A stretch of 32,000 bases of DNA from Alkalilimnicola ehrlichii MLHE-1 (lineage in GTDB: Bacteria > Pseudomonadota > Gammaproteobacteria > Nitrococcales > Halorhodospiraceae). The stretch spans positions 540,001-572,000 of the forward strand of contig NC_008340.1 in assembly GCF_000014785.1 (NCBI RefSeq), written 5' to 3'. Shown here piece after piece: positions 10,099 through 18,865 of the stretch. The number at the start of each line of letters is the position of its first letter. The stretch's first letter is position 1. The position numbers and the translations under genes were made by a program. A model generated the notes under the pieces. That model ran no database searches and was not told the origin of the DNA. It was given only the letters and a program-made list of their open reading frames with translations.

Positions 10099-11183
10099 TT
10101 GAGTACACCCGAGGCAACCTTCTGGACGCCGATGTGGAGGCGTTGGTCAATACCGTCAACACCGTGGGTGTGATGGGCAAGGGGGTCGCCCTGATGTTCA
10201 AAGAGGCCTTCCCCGAGAACTTTCGTGCCTACCAGGCGGCGTGCAAGAACCGGGAGGTGGTGCCGGGTCGTATGTTCGTGCACGAACGGAGTGCACTGCT
10301 CGGGCCGCGTTGGATCATCAATTTCCCCACTAAGCAGCATTGGCGCGGTAAGACGCGGATGGAGTGGATCGACTCCGGCCTGCGGGACCTCGAACGGGTG
10401 ATCCGCGTGAATGGGATTCGGTCCATCGCGCTTCCGCCGCTGGGGTGCGGCAATGGTGGGCTGCCATGGGCACAGGTGCGGCCCCGGATCGAGTCGGCGC
10501 TGCGCGACCTGCAGGACGTGCGGGTGGTGGTCTTCGAGCCGACCCGTCAATACCAAAATGTGGCCAAGCGCTCCGGGGTGGAGAAGCTGACACCGGCCCG
10601 TGCCTTGATTGCCGAGTTGGTGCGTCGGTATTGGGTGCTGGGGATGGAGTGCTCCTTGCTGGAGGTGCAGAAGCTGGCCTGGCTAATCGAGCGGCGCATC
10701 ATCGACCACGGCCTGGAGAACCCACTGGATCTGCAATTCAAGGCTCTTCGCTATGGGCCGTATTCGGATCGGTTGCGCCACCTGCTCAATGGGCTTGATG
10801 GCAGCTATCTGCGCAGTGACAAACGCATCAACGACGCGGGCCCTGAAGAAGTGGTCTGGTTCGATGAGGCGCGGCGCGACAAGCTGGGCATTTACCTGCG
10901 CAGCGCGGAGGTCCGCCCCTATCTTGGAGTGCTGCAGGAGGTCGACGACCTTATCGATGGCTTTCAGTCCCCCCTCGGTCTCGAGGTGCTGGCCACCCTG
11001 GATTGGCTTATCTGGCAGGAGGGTGTCGCGCCCACAATAGCGGACGTTAAAGAAGGGCTGCGGCGCTGGCCAGACGACATTGCCGGTCAGCGCAAGCTAC
11101 GGCTGTTTTCGGATCAGCTCATTGAGTTGGCGTTGGCGCGTTTGACCAGCCGGACTCCGGATCTTCAGGTCATCGCCACGTGA
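10095..11183 (+). CDS. darG: DarG-like macro domain antitoxin
   Basis: N-terminal macro domain [40 protein letters not shown]...[15 protein letters not shown] and DarG-type C-terminal region. ATG 10095 overlaps the upstream TGA at 10096-10098. Confidence 0.93.
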   Translation: MIEYTRGNLLDADVEALVNTVNTVGVMGKGVALMFKEAFPENFRAYQAACKNREVVPGRMFVHERSALLGPRWIINFPTKQHWRGKTRMEWIDSGLRDLERVIRVNGIRSIALPPLGCGNGGLPWAQVRPRIESALRDLQDVRVVVFEPTRQYQNVAKRSGVEKLTPARALIAELVRRYWVLGMECSLLEVQKLAWLIERRIIDHGLENPLDLQFKALRYGPYSDRLRHLLNGLDGSYLRSDKRINDAGPEEVVWFDEARRDKLGIYLRSAEVRPYLGVLQEVDDLIDGFQSPLGLEVLATLDWLIWQEGVAPTIADVKEGLRRWPDDIAGQRKLRLFSDQLIELALARLTSRTPDLQVIAT

Positions 11184-11303
11184 CGTGCCGCGTGGCGACT
11201 GAGCCCGCCTGAGTGGTGTCTACCAGCCCGATTTCGGGGCTAGACGTGACCTTCTCCACGAAGTTGGTATCCTGCTAGCAGGCTCACCCACCCGGAGCGC
11301 TTT

Positions 11304-14300
11304 ATGGCCGGCCCGGAGTACACGGACGTTGAAAAGCCCCTGATCGACCAACTGGTCGGCCTGGGGTGGACGCACGTGACCGGCTCGCCGGAGGACCCCG
11401 CCGCCACCCACCGGGAGAGCTTCGCCCAGGTGGTCATGGAACCACTGCTCCGGGAACGCCTGCAGGCCATCAACCTGCGCGACGGCCATCCCTGGCTGGA
11501 CGCCCGCCGGCTCGACCAGGCCGTCTCCGCCATCACCCGCCTGCCCGCCAGCAAGGTCATGGAGGCCAACCGCCAGGCCACCGAACGGCTGGTCGGGGGG
11601 CTGACCGTGGAGGGGCTGCCCGACTGGGACGGGGGCCGGGGCCAGACCATCCGCTTCATCGACTGGGACCGCCCGGCCAACAACACCTTCACCGTGGTCA
11701 ACCAGTTCAAGGTGAAGTGCCCGCCTGGCCACGACACCGGCAAGGGGCACGTCATCCCCGACCTGGTGCTGTTCGTGAACGGCATCCCCCTGGTGGTCAT
11801 CGAGTGCAAGAGCCGCACCGCCCCCGAGGGCCTCAGCGACGCGGTGGACCAGCTCCGCCGCTACCACGACCAGCGCTTTCAGGACTTCGAGGTGGAAGAG
11901 CACGAGGGCGCCCCGGCCCTGTTCGCTACCAACCAGGTGCTGGTGGCCAGCAACTTCGACGAGGCGCGGGCGGGCACCGTGGGCGCGGCCTTCGCCCACT
12001 ACCTGAGCTGGAAGACGGTGGTGCCCCGGCGGGAGTCGGAGGTGGCCGAGGCGCTGGGGGTGGCGACGCTCTCCGCCCAGCAGCGGCTGGTGGCCGGCCT
12101 GTTGGCCCCCGACACCCTGCTGGATATCGCCCGCCACTACACCCTGTTCATGAACGCCGGCGGCCAGACCATCAAGGTGGTCTGCCGCTACCAGCAGTAT
12201 CGCGGCGTCACCCGCGCCATCCACCGGCTGAAGAGCGGTAAGACACGTGCGCAGGATGGCGAGATCGACCGCCGGGGCGGGATCATCTGGCACACCCAGG
12301 GCAGCGGTAAGAGCCTGTCCATGGTCTTTCTGGTGCGCAAACTGCGCACCGACCCCGACCTGCGCCGGTTCAAAGTGGTGGTCATCACCGACCGCAAGGA
12401 CCTGCAGGCCCAGCTCTCCGACACCGCCGAACTCACCGGCGAGACGGTGGAGACCGCCCCTGACACCACCCGCCTGAAACGGCTGCTGGCGCGGGAGGGG
12501 CCGGGGCTGGTCTTCGGCACCATCCAGAAGTACCGCGACCCGGACACCGCCGACGAGGACCCCGACGCCACTCGGGAGGAGGGCAGGGCGGCCGATGGCC
12601 GGCAGGCCGCCGACACCCCCGGCCGCTACACCGTCCCCGCCCGTCCCAAACGCAGCGAGCCCTTCGAGGTGCTGAACACCAGCGAGGACATCCTGGTCCT
12701 GGTGGACGAGGCCCACCGGACCCAGGCGGGGGACCTGCACGCCAACCTGATGCGGGCCCTGCCCAACGCTGCCCGCATCGGCTTCACCGGCACGCCCATC
12801 ATCATGGGCGACAAGAAGCGCACCCACGATATCTTCGGCGACTACATCGACCGCTACACCATCAAGGAGGCGGAGCAGGACGGCGCCACCGTGCCCATCC
12901 TCTACGAAGGGCGCACCGCCAAGGGGGCCATCAAGGACGGCGCCAGCCTGGACGGCCTGTTCGAGGACCTCTTCCGGGACCACACCAAGGACGAGCTGGA
13001 GGCCATCAAGAAGAAGTACGCCACCAAGGGGCAGATCTTCGAGGCCCCGCAGCTCATCCGCGAGAAGGCCGCCGACATCCTGCGCCACTACGTCACCCAC
13101 ATCCTTCCCAACGGCTACAAGGCGCAGTTGGTGGCCTACAGCCGCCGGGCCGCCGTGCGCTACCAGGAGGCCCTGAACGAGGCCCGGGAGGCGCTGCTCC
13201 AGGAGGCCGTGGCGCTCCCCGTGGAGGACAAGCAATTGGACGACTCCGGGCTGTTGCAACGGCCCGCGCGGGTGCAGGCGGCCATCCAGGCCTGGCGCTA
13301 CCGGGACACCCTCCGCCGGCTGGAATTCGCCGTGGTCATCAGCGGCGGCAACAACGACGACTCCGCCTGGGCCCGGTGGAGCGACCGGGCGGCGGTGGAG
13401 AGCCACATCCAGCGGTTCAAAAAGCCGCTGACCCACGACGACCCGGACAAGGCCGATCCTCTTGCCTTCCTGATCGTCAAATCCATGCTGCTCACCGGCT
13501 TCGACGCCCCCATCGAGGGGGTGATGTACCTGGATCGCTCCATCCGCGAGGCGGAACTGCTCCAGGCCGTCGCCCGGGTCAACCGCACCGGCCACGGCAA
13601 GACCCACGGCCGGGTGGTGGACTACTTCGGGGTGGCCAACCACCTCAAGGACGCCCTGGCGGCCTACAGCGAGGAGGACATCGACGGCGCCCTGCAAAGC
13701 CTCTCCGACGAAATCCCCCTGCTGCGCGACCGCCACCTGCGCACGGTGGACGTGCTGCGCCAGCGGGGCGTGGACAGCCTGGAGGACGTGGAGGAGGCGG
13801 TGCAGGCGCTGGCGGACGAGCGGGTGCGGGCCGAGTTCACCGTCAAACTCAAGGAGTTCAGCCGCAGCCTGGATGACGTGCTGCCCCGGCCGGAGGCGCT
13901 GGAGTTCGTCAACGACGCCAAGCAACTGGCCTACATCCACGCCCTGGCCCGCAACCGCTACAAGGACACCCCCTCCCTGGGGCGCGACGTGGGCAACAAG
14001 GTGCGCAAACTCATCGACGAGTACGTCATCTCCCTGGGCATCGACCCGCGCATCCCCCCGGTGCAGCTCACCGACGCCGACTTCGAAAAGCACCTGGGCC
14101 GCCAGGTGGGGGACCGGGCCAAGGCCTCCGAAATGGAGCACGCCATCCGCTCCCACGTCCGCAAACACATGGACGAAGACCCGGTGAAGTACGGTCGGCT
14201 CAGCGAGCGGCTGGAGGAACTGCTGCAGCAACTGGACGGCCAGTGGAAGGACCAGGTGGAGGCCCTGGAGGGGCTGATCGACCAACTGCAGGAAGGCGCC

Positions 14301-14639
14301 GCCGTAGCGGGCGAGGACCTGGCCGACCTCCCCACCCACGCCGTCCCCTTCTGGCGGGAGTTGGTGGAGACCACCGGCGCGGCATCCGGCCCGGCCGAGG
14401 CGGACGAGCAGGCGCGGCTATTGAAGGCCACCGAGGAACTGGTGGGCATCATCCAGGACGAGATCGTCGTGCCCGATTTCTGGAAACCCTCCCACATCCC
14501 CGACCAGGAGCGGTTGCGGGGCCACCTCTTCCAGCGCCTGATGGAGATGGATCTGGTGTCGGTCGAGGAGGTGGAGGCCCTGGTGGAGCGGCTCTTCGAC
14601 CTGGCCCGGGCCAACCACGACCGGCTGGTGGACGCATGA
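11304..14639 (+). CDS. hsdR: Type I restriction endonuclease subunit R
   Basis: 1111 aa; nuclease-like PDLVLFVNGIPLVVIECKS, Walker A HTQGSGKSLSM, DEAHRTQ, and IGFTGTPI and LTGFDAP helicase motifs. Confidence 0.96.
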   Translation: MAGPEYTDVEKPLIDQLVGLGWTHVTGSPEDPAATHRESFAQVVMEPLLRERLQAINLRDGHPWLDARRLDQAVSAITRLPASKVMEANRQATERLVGGLTVEGLPDWDGGRGQTIRFIDWDRPANNTFTVVNQFKVKCPPGHDTGKGHVIPDLVLFVNGIPLVVIECKSRTAPEGLSDAVDQLRRYHDQRFQDFEVEEHEGAPALFATNQVLVASNFDEARAGTVGAAFAHYLSWKTVVPRRESEVAEALGVATLSAQQRLVAGLLAPDTLLDIARHYTLFMNAGGQTIKVVCRYQQYRGVTRAIHRLKSGKTRAQDGEIDRRGGIIWHTQGSGKSLSMVFLVRKLRTDPDLRRFKVVVITDRKDLQAQLSDTAELTGETVETAPDTTRLKRLLAREGPGLVFGTIQKYRDPDTADEDPDATREEGRAADGRQAADTPGRYTVPARPKRSEPFEVLNTSEDILVLVDEAHRTQAGDLHANLMRALPNAARIGFTGTPIIMGDKKRTHDIFGDYIDRYTIKEAEQDGATVPILYEGRTAKGAIKDGASLDGLFEDLFRDHTKDELEAIKKKYATKGQIFEAPQLIREKAADILRHYVTHILPNGYKAQLVAYSRRAAVRYQEALNEAREALLQEAVALPVEDKQLDDSGLLQRPARVQAAIQAWRYRDTLRRLEFAVVISGGNNDDSAWARWSDRAAVESHIQRFKKPLTHDDPDKADPLAFLIVKSMLLTGFDAPIEGVMYLDRSIREAELLQAVARVNRTGHGKTHGRVVDYFGVANHLKDALAAYSEEDIDGALQSLSDEIPLLRDRHLRTVDVLRQRGVDSLEDVEEAVQALADERVRAEFTVKLKEFSRSLDDVLPRPEALEFVNDAKQLAYIHALARNRYKDTPSLGRDVGNKVRKLIDEYVISLGIDPRIPPVQLTDADFEKHLGRQVGDRAKASEMEHAIRSHVRKHMDEDPVKYGRLSERLEELLQQLDGQWKDQVEALEGLIDQLQEGAAVAGEDLADLPTHAVPFWRELVETTGAASGPAEADEQARLLKATEELVGIIQDEIVVPDFWKPSHIPDQERLRGHLFQRLMEMDLVSVEEVEALVERLFDLARANHDRLVDA

Positions 14640-15337
14640 GCCAGCTCCAGGTGGATGAGCTGACCTTCCGGGTGCGGGAGAGCCGCCGACGGAAGACCCT
14701 GGAGATCACCGTGGACCGCCAGGGCGAGCTGGTCATTGCCGCCCCGACCGGCACCGACCCGCAGCTCATGCGCGAGTTCGTGACTGAGAAGCGCTACTGG
14801 ATCTACAAAAAGCTGGCGGAGAAGGCGGAACGCCACCGCCCGCTGCCGAAAAAGGAATACGTGGACGGCGAGGGCTTCCTGTACCTGGGCCGGAGCTACC
14901 GGCTGAAGAAAGTGCCGGCATCGGAACAGACCGCGCCCCTCAAGCTGGACGCCGGCCGCTTCCGCCTGCGCGAAGACGCCCTGCCGGACGCCCGCCAGCA
15001 CTTCATCCGCTGGTACACCCGGCGGGCCACCGACTGGCTCACCCGCCAGGTCAATGCCCACGCGAGGCGACTTGAGGTGTCGCCCGCTGGTGTCAAAGTG
15101 CAGGACCTGGGCTACCGCTGGGGCTCATGCGGCAAGGGGGAGTGGGTCTACTTCCACTGGAAGACCATCCTGCTGCCCCGGCCCATCGCCGAGTACGTGG
15201 CCGTCCACGAGCTCATCCACCTGCACGAGCCCCACCACACCCCCGCCTTCTGGCGCAGGCTGGAACGGGCCATGCCGGACTACGAGCAGCGAAAGCAGTG
15301 GTTGGCGGTGCATGGGATCGAGGTGGAGGGGGTGTGA
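14636..15337 (+). CDS. YgjP-like (DUF45) zinc metallopeptidase associated with type I RM
   Basis: VHELIHLHEPHHTPAFWRRLERAMPDYEQRKQWL with LGYRWGSCGKGEWVYFHWKTILLP. ATGA overlap with the hsdR stop. Confidence 0.9.
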   Translation: MSQLQVDELTFRVRESRRRKTLEITVDRQGELVIAAPTGTDPQLMREFVTEKRYWIYKKLAEKAERHRPLPKKEYVDGEGFLYLGRSYRLKKVPASEQTAPLKLDAGRFRLREDALPDARQHFIRWYTRRATDWLTRQVNAHARRLEVSPAGVKVQDLGYRWGSCGKGEWVYFHWKTILLPRPIAEYVAVHELIHLHEPHHTPAFWRRLERAMPDYEQRKQWLAVHGIEVEGV

Positions 15338-15358
15338 TGCGCGTTGCGCAAAGAGTAA

Positions 15359-15450
15359 CTGTAGGGTCCCGGATGATCGTACCCAGCACCTCTCGCGCCA
15401 GCCAGTAATGATGACTCCTTGGCGCGATGGAATCATCCGGGACCCTACAG
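15359..15450. repeat. Nested palindrome: 19-bp perfect outer inverted repeat plus 8-bp inner inverted repeat
   Basis: Outer arms CTGTAGGGTCCCGGATGAT (15359-15377) and ATCATCCGGGACCCTACAG (15432-15450). Inner arms TCGCGCCA (15393-15400) and TGGCGCGA (15420-15427). Confidence 0.85.
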
Positions 15451-15640
15451 CTACACAGTCCGGGAGTTGGAGAATGGGAGCATTGAGGTCGAGCAGGCGG
15501 GGGCGCTTTTGGTGCCGGCAAAACCAACCCTTCGGGGGTTGGCCAGGAGGCTGCACCTTAGCCTGCTGAACAGCAACGGCAATCCGCTGAACACACGGCA
15601 GCTCGGTAGCCAGATCATCAAGAGCCTGAGCGAGGTCTGA
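15419..15640 (+). CDS. Short hypothetical ORF, possibly 3' remnant of a gene disrupted by the palindrome
   Basis: YTVRELENGSIEVEQAGALLVPAKPTLRGLARRLHLSLLNSNGNPLNTRQLGSQIIKSLSEV looks protein-like, but the 5' end (TTG start) falls inside the palindrome. Confidence 0.4.
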   Translation: MARWNHPGPYSYTVRELENGSIEVEQAGALLVPAKPTLRGLARRLHLSLLNSNGNPLNTRQLGSQIIKSLSEV

Positions 15641-15747
15641 AATGAAGTGGCCGAGGCAGATCGTGTGCCAAGAGCGATCTAAAACGTGCCGCAATCCGCT
15701 TCTGGATGCTTCCGACGGTTCGCGGCTACGGGCTTCCCGGGGTACCG

Positions 15748-16749
15748 ATGGGCTTCCTGAAAATCGGTGAAAAGGACCGCACCGGCCGCCAGAAGCGGAT
15801 CGAGCACACCGGCAGGTACCTGCGCGCCAGCCGGACCGGGGGGATATCGCTTCGGGCCCACACCCGGGTCGCCGGGGTCAATCTCACCGGCAATACCCGG
15901 CGGGGCGTGCGGGTCTCCACCCGACTGGCCAAGAACACCCAGGTGGCCCTGCAGAACGGCCGCTTTATCCTGCGCGGCCGTTACGGGTCGGACGCGGCCA
16001 GGATCAATCTCTCCAAGAGCGGCGTATCCGTCTCCACCAAGACCCCGGTGGGGGCCTTTAACTGGGTGCGGCCCGGGCGCTCCTCGTTCAAGCTCGGGGG
16101 GGTGCATGTCCGTGGGCACAAGGCCGCGCACCTGCAGGGCGTGTATCTGCTGTTCGCCGGGTTGGTGGCCCTGGTCGGCGGTCTTTTCAAGGCCGTCGCC
16201 GCCTTGCTCGGTGGCATCCTGGGCGGGGTTCAGGCCCTCGTGGCCTGGCGCGAACGGGTGCGCGGTGAGCGCGAGCGGTTGGGGCTGTCCGCCGGCGAGG
16301 TCGCCGGGGTCGGGGAGCAGATTGTACGTGCCCAGGGGGTGGCGTTGGATCAGGAGCCGCAGCGGGATCTGTTCGCGGGGCTGCTCTTCGTGGTGACGAC
16401 GCTGGGGCGCGGGCGGACGGTCTTTGACGCGGATGCCGTCGGGTTGCAAGGGGCCGACCGCGGTGCCGGACGGGCCCTGGCCACCGATGCCGCCGTGGCG
16501 GGGCAACAGCTCGTCCGCTGGTTGGGCGAGCGTGAGGCGGATCGCAGCCCCAGGCGGATTCTCGGCCTGCTTCATCAACTGGCGCTGGCCTTCCGGGCGA
16601 GGGCGCCGCAGTCCGCCAGGGCGGAGGCCCTGCTCGCGCTGGATGATGCCTGCCTGGCCGCGGGGCCCCGCACGATCCTGCAGGAGGAGATGATCGACCT
16701 GCTGGCCGAGGCGCTGGGGGTGGACCTGGTGCTGGAGGGTGAGCGATGA
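15748..16749 (+). CDS. Hypothetical protein, DUF4236-like N-terminus with hydrophobic segment
   Basis: MGFLKIGEK...GISLRAHTRVAGVNLTGNTRRGVRVSTRLAKNTQVALQNGRFILRGRYG...INLSKSGVSVSTKTPVGAFNWVRPGRSSFKLGG followed by LLFAGLVALVGGLFKAVAALLGGILGG. Confidence 0.65.
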   Translation: MGFLKIGEKDRTGRQKRIEHTGRYLRASRTGGISLRAHTRVAGVNLTGNTRRGVRVSTRLAKNTQVALQNGRFILRGRYGSDAARINLSKSGVSVSTKTPVGAFNWVRPGRSSFKLGGVHVRGHKAAHLQGVYLLFAGLVALVGGLFKAVAALLGGILGGVQALVAWRERVRGERERLGLSAGEVAGVGEQIVRAQGVALDQEPQRDLFAGLLFVVTTLGRGRTVFDADAVGLQGADRGAGRALATDAAVAGQQLVRWLGEREADRSPRRILGLLHQLALAFRARAPQSARAEALLALDDACLAAGPRTILQEEMIDLLAEALGVDLVLEGER

Positions 16750-17474
16750 GTGATGATCTGTCGGAGGGCTTCGCCGCTGCGGTGGCGCTCCACAAGGCGC
16801 TGATCCTGGCAGCGGATGACGACGCCACCGGGACCGCGCTGTGCCCCGAGCGGCCTGCCACCCCGCAGCGCTGGACACCGACATTCCGGCTGATCCCCTA
16901 TCAGGCGGTGGATCCGGCCGGTCTGGGTTTGGGCGGGACCGACAGTTTCCACGATATTGGGGATGAGGCGTTGGATCGGGCCATACGCCAGGTTGTGTGG
17001 GTCGAGGGGCCGGTGCACGTTCTGGTGTTGGCGGATCGGCTGCTCACCGGGGCCGGTGTGGCGCGGCTGGGCTCGCGTATCCGTGGTCGCATTGAGGGCC
17101 GCCTGGCCCGTCTGGAGACGGCGGGCGAGCTGGCGCTCTGCCACGCGTTCATCGCCCGCCCCGGGCAGTTCGTGTTGCCGCCATACCGGGACTGGCGCAC
17201 GGCCCCCGGGAAGACCCGTCAGCTCGACCACGTTCATGATGGCGAGTTGATGCTCTGCCTTTTGCACGCCGTGCTGGCGGCGGAGGGCATCGCGGTGGAC
17301 GACGCGCTGAACAACGGGCTGCACCGGATCGGCTTCACCCGGCTCACGATCCATGCCCGCCAGCGGCTTCAGGCCCCGCTGCAGGCCCTGCTGGACGAGG
17401 GGATGCTCGACAACGAGGACAACCGCCTCCACCTGGGGCCGGAGGCGTTCCTGCGGCGAATCCGTTCCCGCTGA
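16746..17474 (+). CDS. Standalone DUF3320-like domain protein
   Basis: DEALDRAIRQVVWVEGPVHVLVLADRLLTGAGVARLGSRIRGRIEGRLARLETAGEL...LDHVHDGELMLCLLHAVLAAEGIAVDDAL...FTRLTIHARQRLQAPLQALLDEGML resembles DUF3320 found at the end of large helicases. ATGA overlap with the upstream gene. Confidence 0.6.
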   Translation: MSDDLSEGFAAAVALHKALILAADDDATGTALCPERPATPQRWTPTFRLIPYQAVDPAGLGLGGTDSFHDIGDEALDRAIRQVVWVEGPVHVLVLADRLLTGAGVARLGSRIRGRIEGRLARLETAGELALCHAFIARPGQFVLPPYRDWRTAPGKTRQLDHVHDGELMLCLLHAVLAAEGIAVDDALNNGLHRIGFTRLTIHARQRLQAPLQALLDEGMLDNEDNRLHLGPEAFLRRIRSR

Positions 17475-17552
17475 ACTCGCGCTCAGCCGTCGCCGAGCCG
17501 CTCCCCCACGATTGAACAGAGTGGCTTCGGCACGCGTAGCCGGGTCCCATGG

Positions 17553-18716
17553 TTAAAGGGGTTCGGCGCCCTCATTGAGTATGGTGATGTACCGGTCATA
17601 GGCGTAGATGCGATCCCTGCTCCGCCCCGTGATTTCGCGCAGTATCCCAAGCCTTTCGAGTGCAGCCACGGCTCGGGACGCGGTTGGGAAGCTGACTCCG
17701 GCGCGACTGGCCAGGTCATTGATATTGGCCAGGGGACGGGTGCGCAGGGCCTGATAAATGCGGAGCGTGTTAGCGGCCGCCCGCCCAAGTGCTTCGATGC
17801 GCTGCTGATCTTCCGCAAACAGGGCCAGCAGCCGGTGGGCGGTATCGACCGCACCGGTTGCCGTCACCAGCACCCCATCCAGAAAGAAATCCAGCCAGGC
17901 CTCCCAGTCGCCCACGTTTCGGGTCTGGTCAAGCAGACGGTAGTATTCGGCCCGATGCTGTTTGAAGTAGAGGCTCAAGTACAGCAACGGCTGATGCAGC
18001 ACCCCCTCCTGGTGCAGGATGAGCGCAATGAGCAAGCGGCCGATGCGGCCGTTGCCATCCAGAAAGGGGTGGATGGTTTCAAACTGCACATGCGCCAGTG
18101 CCGCCTTTACCAGGGCGGAGAAGGGCAACTCACGGTCGTGAATGAAGCGTTCCAACCCCGCCATGTGGTCCTCGACCTCTTCCCAGGCAGGAGGCACGAA
18201 GTGGGCGTTCCCCGGGCGAGTGCCTCCGATCCAGTTCTGACTGCGTCGAAACGCCCCAGGCTGCCTTTCGGCACCCCGCCCGCGTGAGAGGAGGTGTGCG
18301 TGCATCTCGCGAAGGAGTCGATTGGAGAGCGGAAATCCCTCCCCGATTCGGGCCAAGCCGTGGTCCAGAGCGGCAACGTAGTTGGAAACCTCTACGACAT
18401 CGTGGAAGGGCACCCCCGCAGCCTCCTCCAACTCGAACAGCAGCAGGTCCGAGAACGAGGACTGTGTGCCCTCGATTTGGCTGGAAACCAATGCCTCTCG
18501 GCGGACATAGGCGTACAGGAAAAGGTCGGGTTCCGGCAGCAGCATGGTGATCGCATCCAGCCGACCGCAGGCCAACAACGCCTGTTCATGGAGTCTCGCC
18601 CGGTCCCCGGTTATCTGTGGGCCGGGATCCGGGGGCAGGGGGTAGGGCGCGAAGGTGCGAACCCGTTCGCCACCAATGTGCCGTTCCACGAAGGTTCCAG
18701 CCGGACCACGCTGCAT
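17553..18716 (-). CDS. Fic family protein with C-terminal winged-helix-like domain
   Basis: Fic motif HPFLDGNGRIGRLLIALIL; N-terminal SSQIEG matches the Fic inhibitory motif (S/T)xxxE(G/N); C-terminal LANINDLASRAGVSFPTASRAVAALERLGILREITGRSRDRIYAYDRYITIL looks like wHTH. Confidence 0.93.
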   Translation of the reverse strand: MQRGPAGTFVERHIGGERVRTFAPYPLPPDPGPQITGDRARLHEQALLACGRLDAITMLLPEPDLFLYAYVRREALVSSQIEGTQSSFSDLLLFELEEAAGVPFHDVVEVSNYVAALDHGLARIGEGFPLSNRLLREMHAHLLSRGRGAERQPGAFRRSQNWIGGTRPGNAHFVPPAWEEVEDHMAGLERFIHDRELPFSALVKAALAHVQFETIHPFLDGNGRIGRLLIALILHQEGVLHQPLLYLSLYFKQHRAEYYRLLDQTRNVGDWEAWLDFFLDGVLVTATGAVDTAHRLLALFAEDQQRIEALGRAAANTLRIYQALRTRPLANINDLASRAGVSFPTASRAVAALERLGILREITGRSRDRIYAYDRYITILNEGAEPL

Positions 18717-18730
18717 TGCTATGCTCGCTC

Positions 18731-18759
18731 GTGATAATAGCCGCACCCGCTATTATCAC
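18731..18759. promoter_or_regulatory. Perfect 10-bp inverted repeat just upstream of the Fic start (putative operator)
   Basis: GTGATAATAG (18731-18740), 9-nt spacer, CTATTATCAC (18750-18759). 14 nt upstream of the minus-strand ATG at 18716. Confidence 0.6.
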
Positions 18760-18865
18760 TTCATGCGTTATGTGTTAGCAAAGGGGCCGAATGGTGACGC
18801 CAAAGGCGCTCCCTTCGCGATCTGTGTGGGTGGTGGGCGCCAGGGCGGCGACGGCATGATCGCGC

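Noticed and set aside
11271-11282. 12-bp palindrome CCTGCTAGCAGG upstream of hsdR
   Set aside because: Possible operator, but short palindromes of this size occur by chance and nothing else supports it.
11220-14339. 1039-aa minus-strand ORF
   Set aside because: Exactly antisense to hsdR. It is a GC-rich shadow ORF with low-complexity residues and no recognisable domain.
15679-16884. 401-aa minus-strand ORF
   Set aside because: Antisense to the DUF4236-like gene. The forward frame has an RBS-compatible start, a recognisable N-terminus and ATGA coupling.
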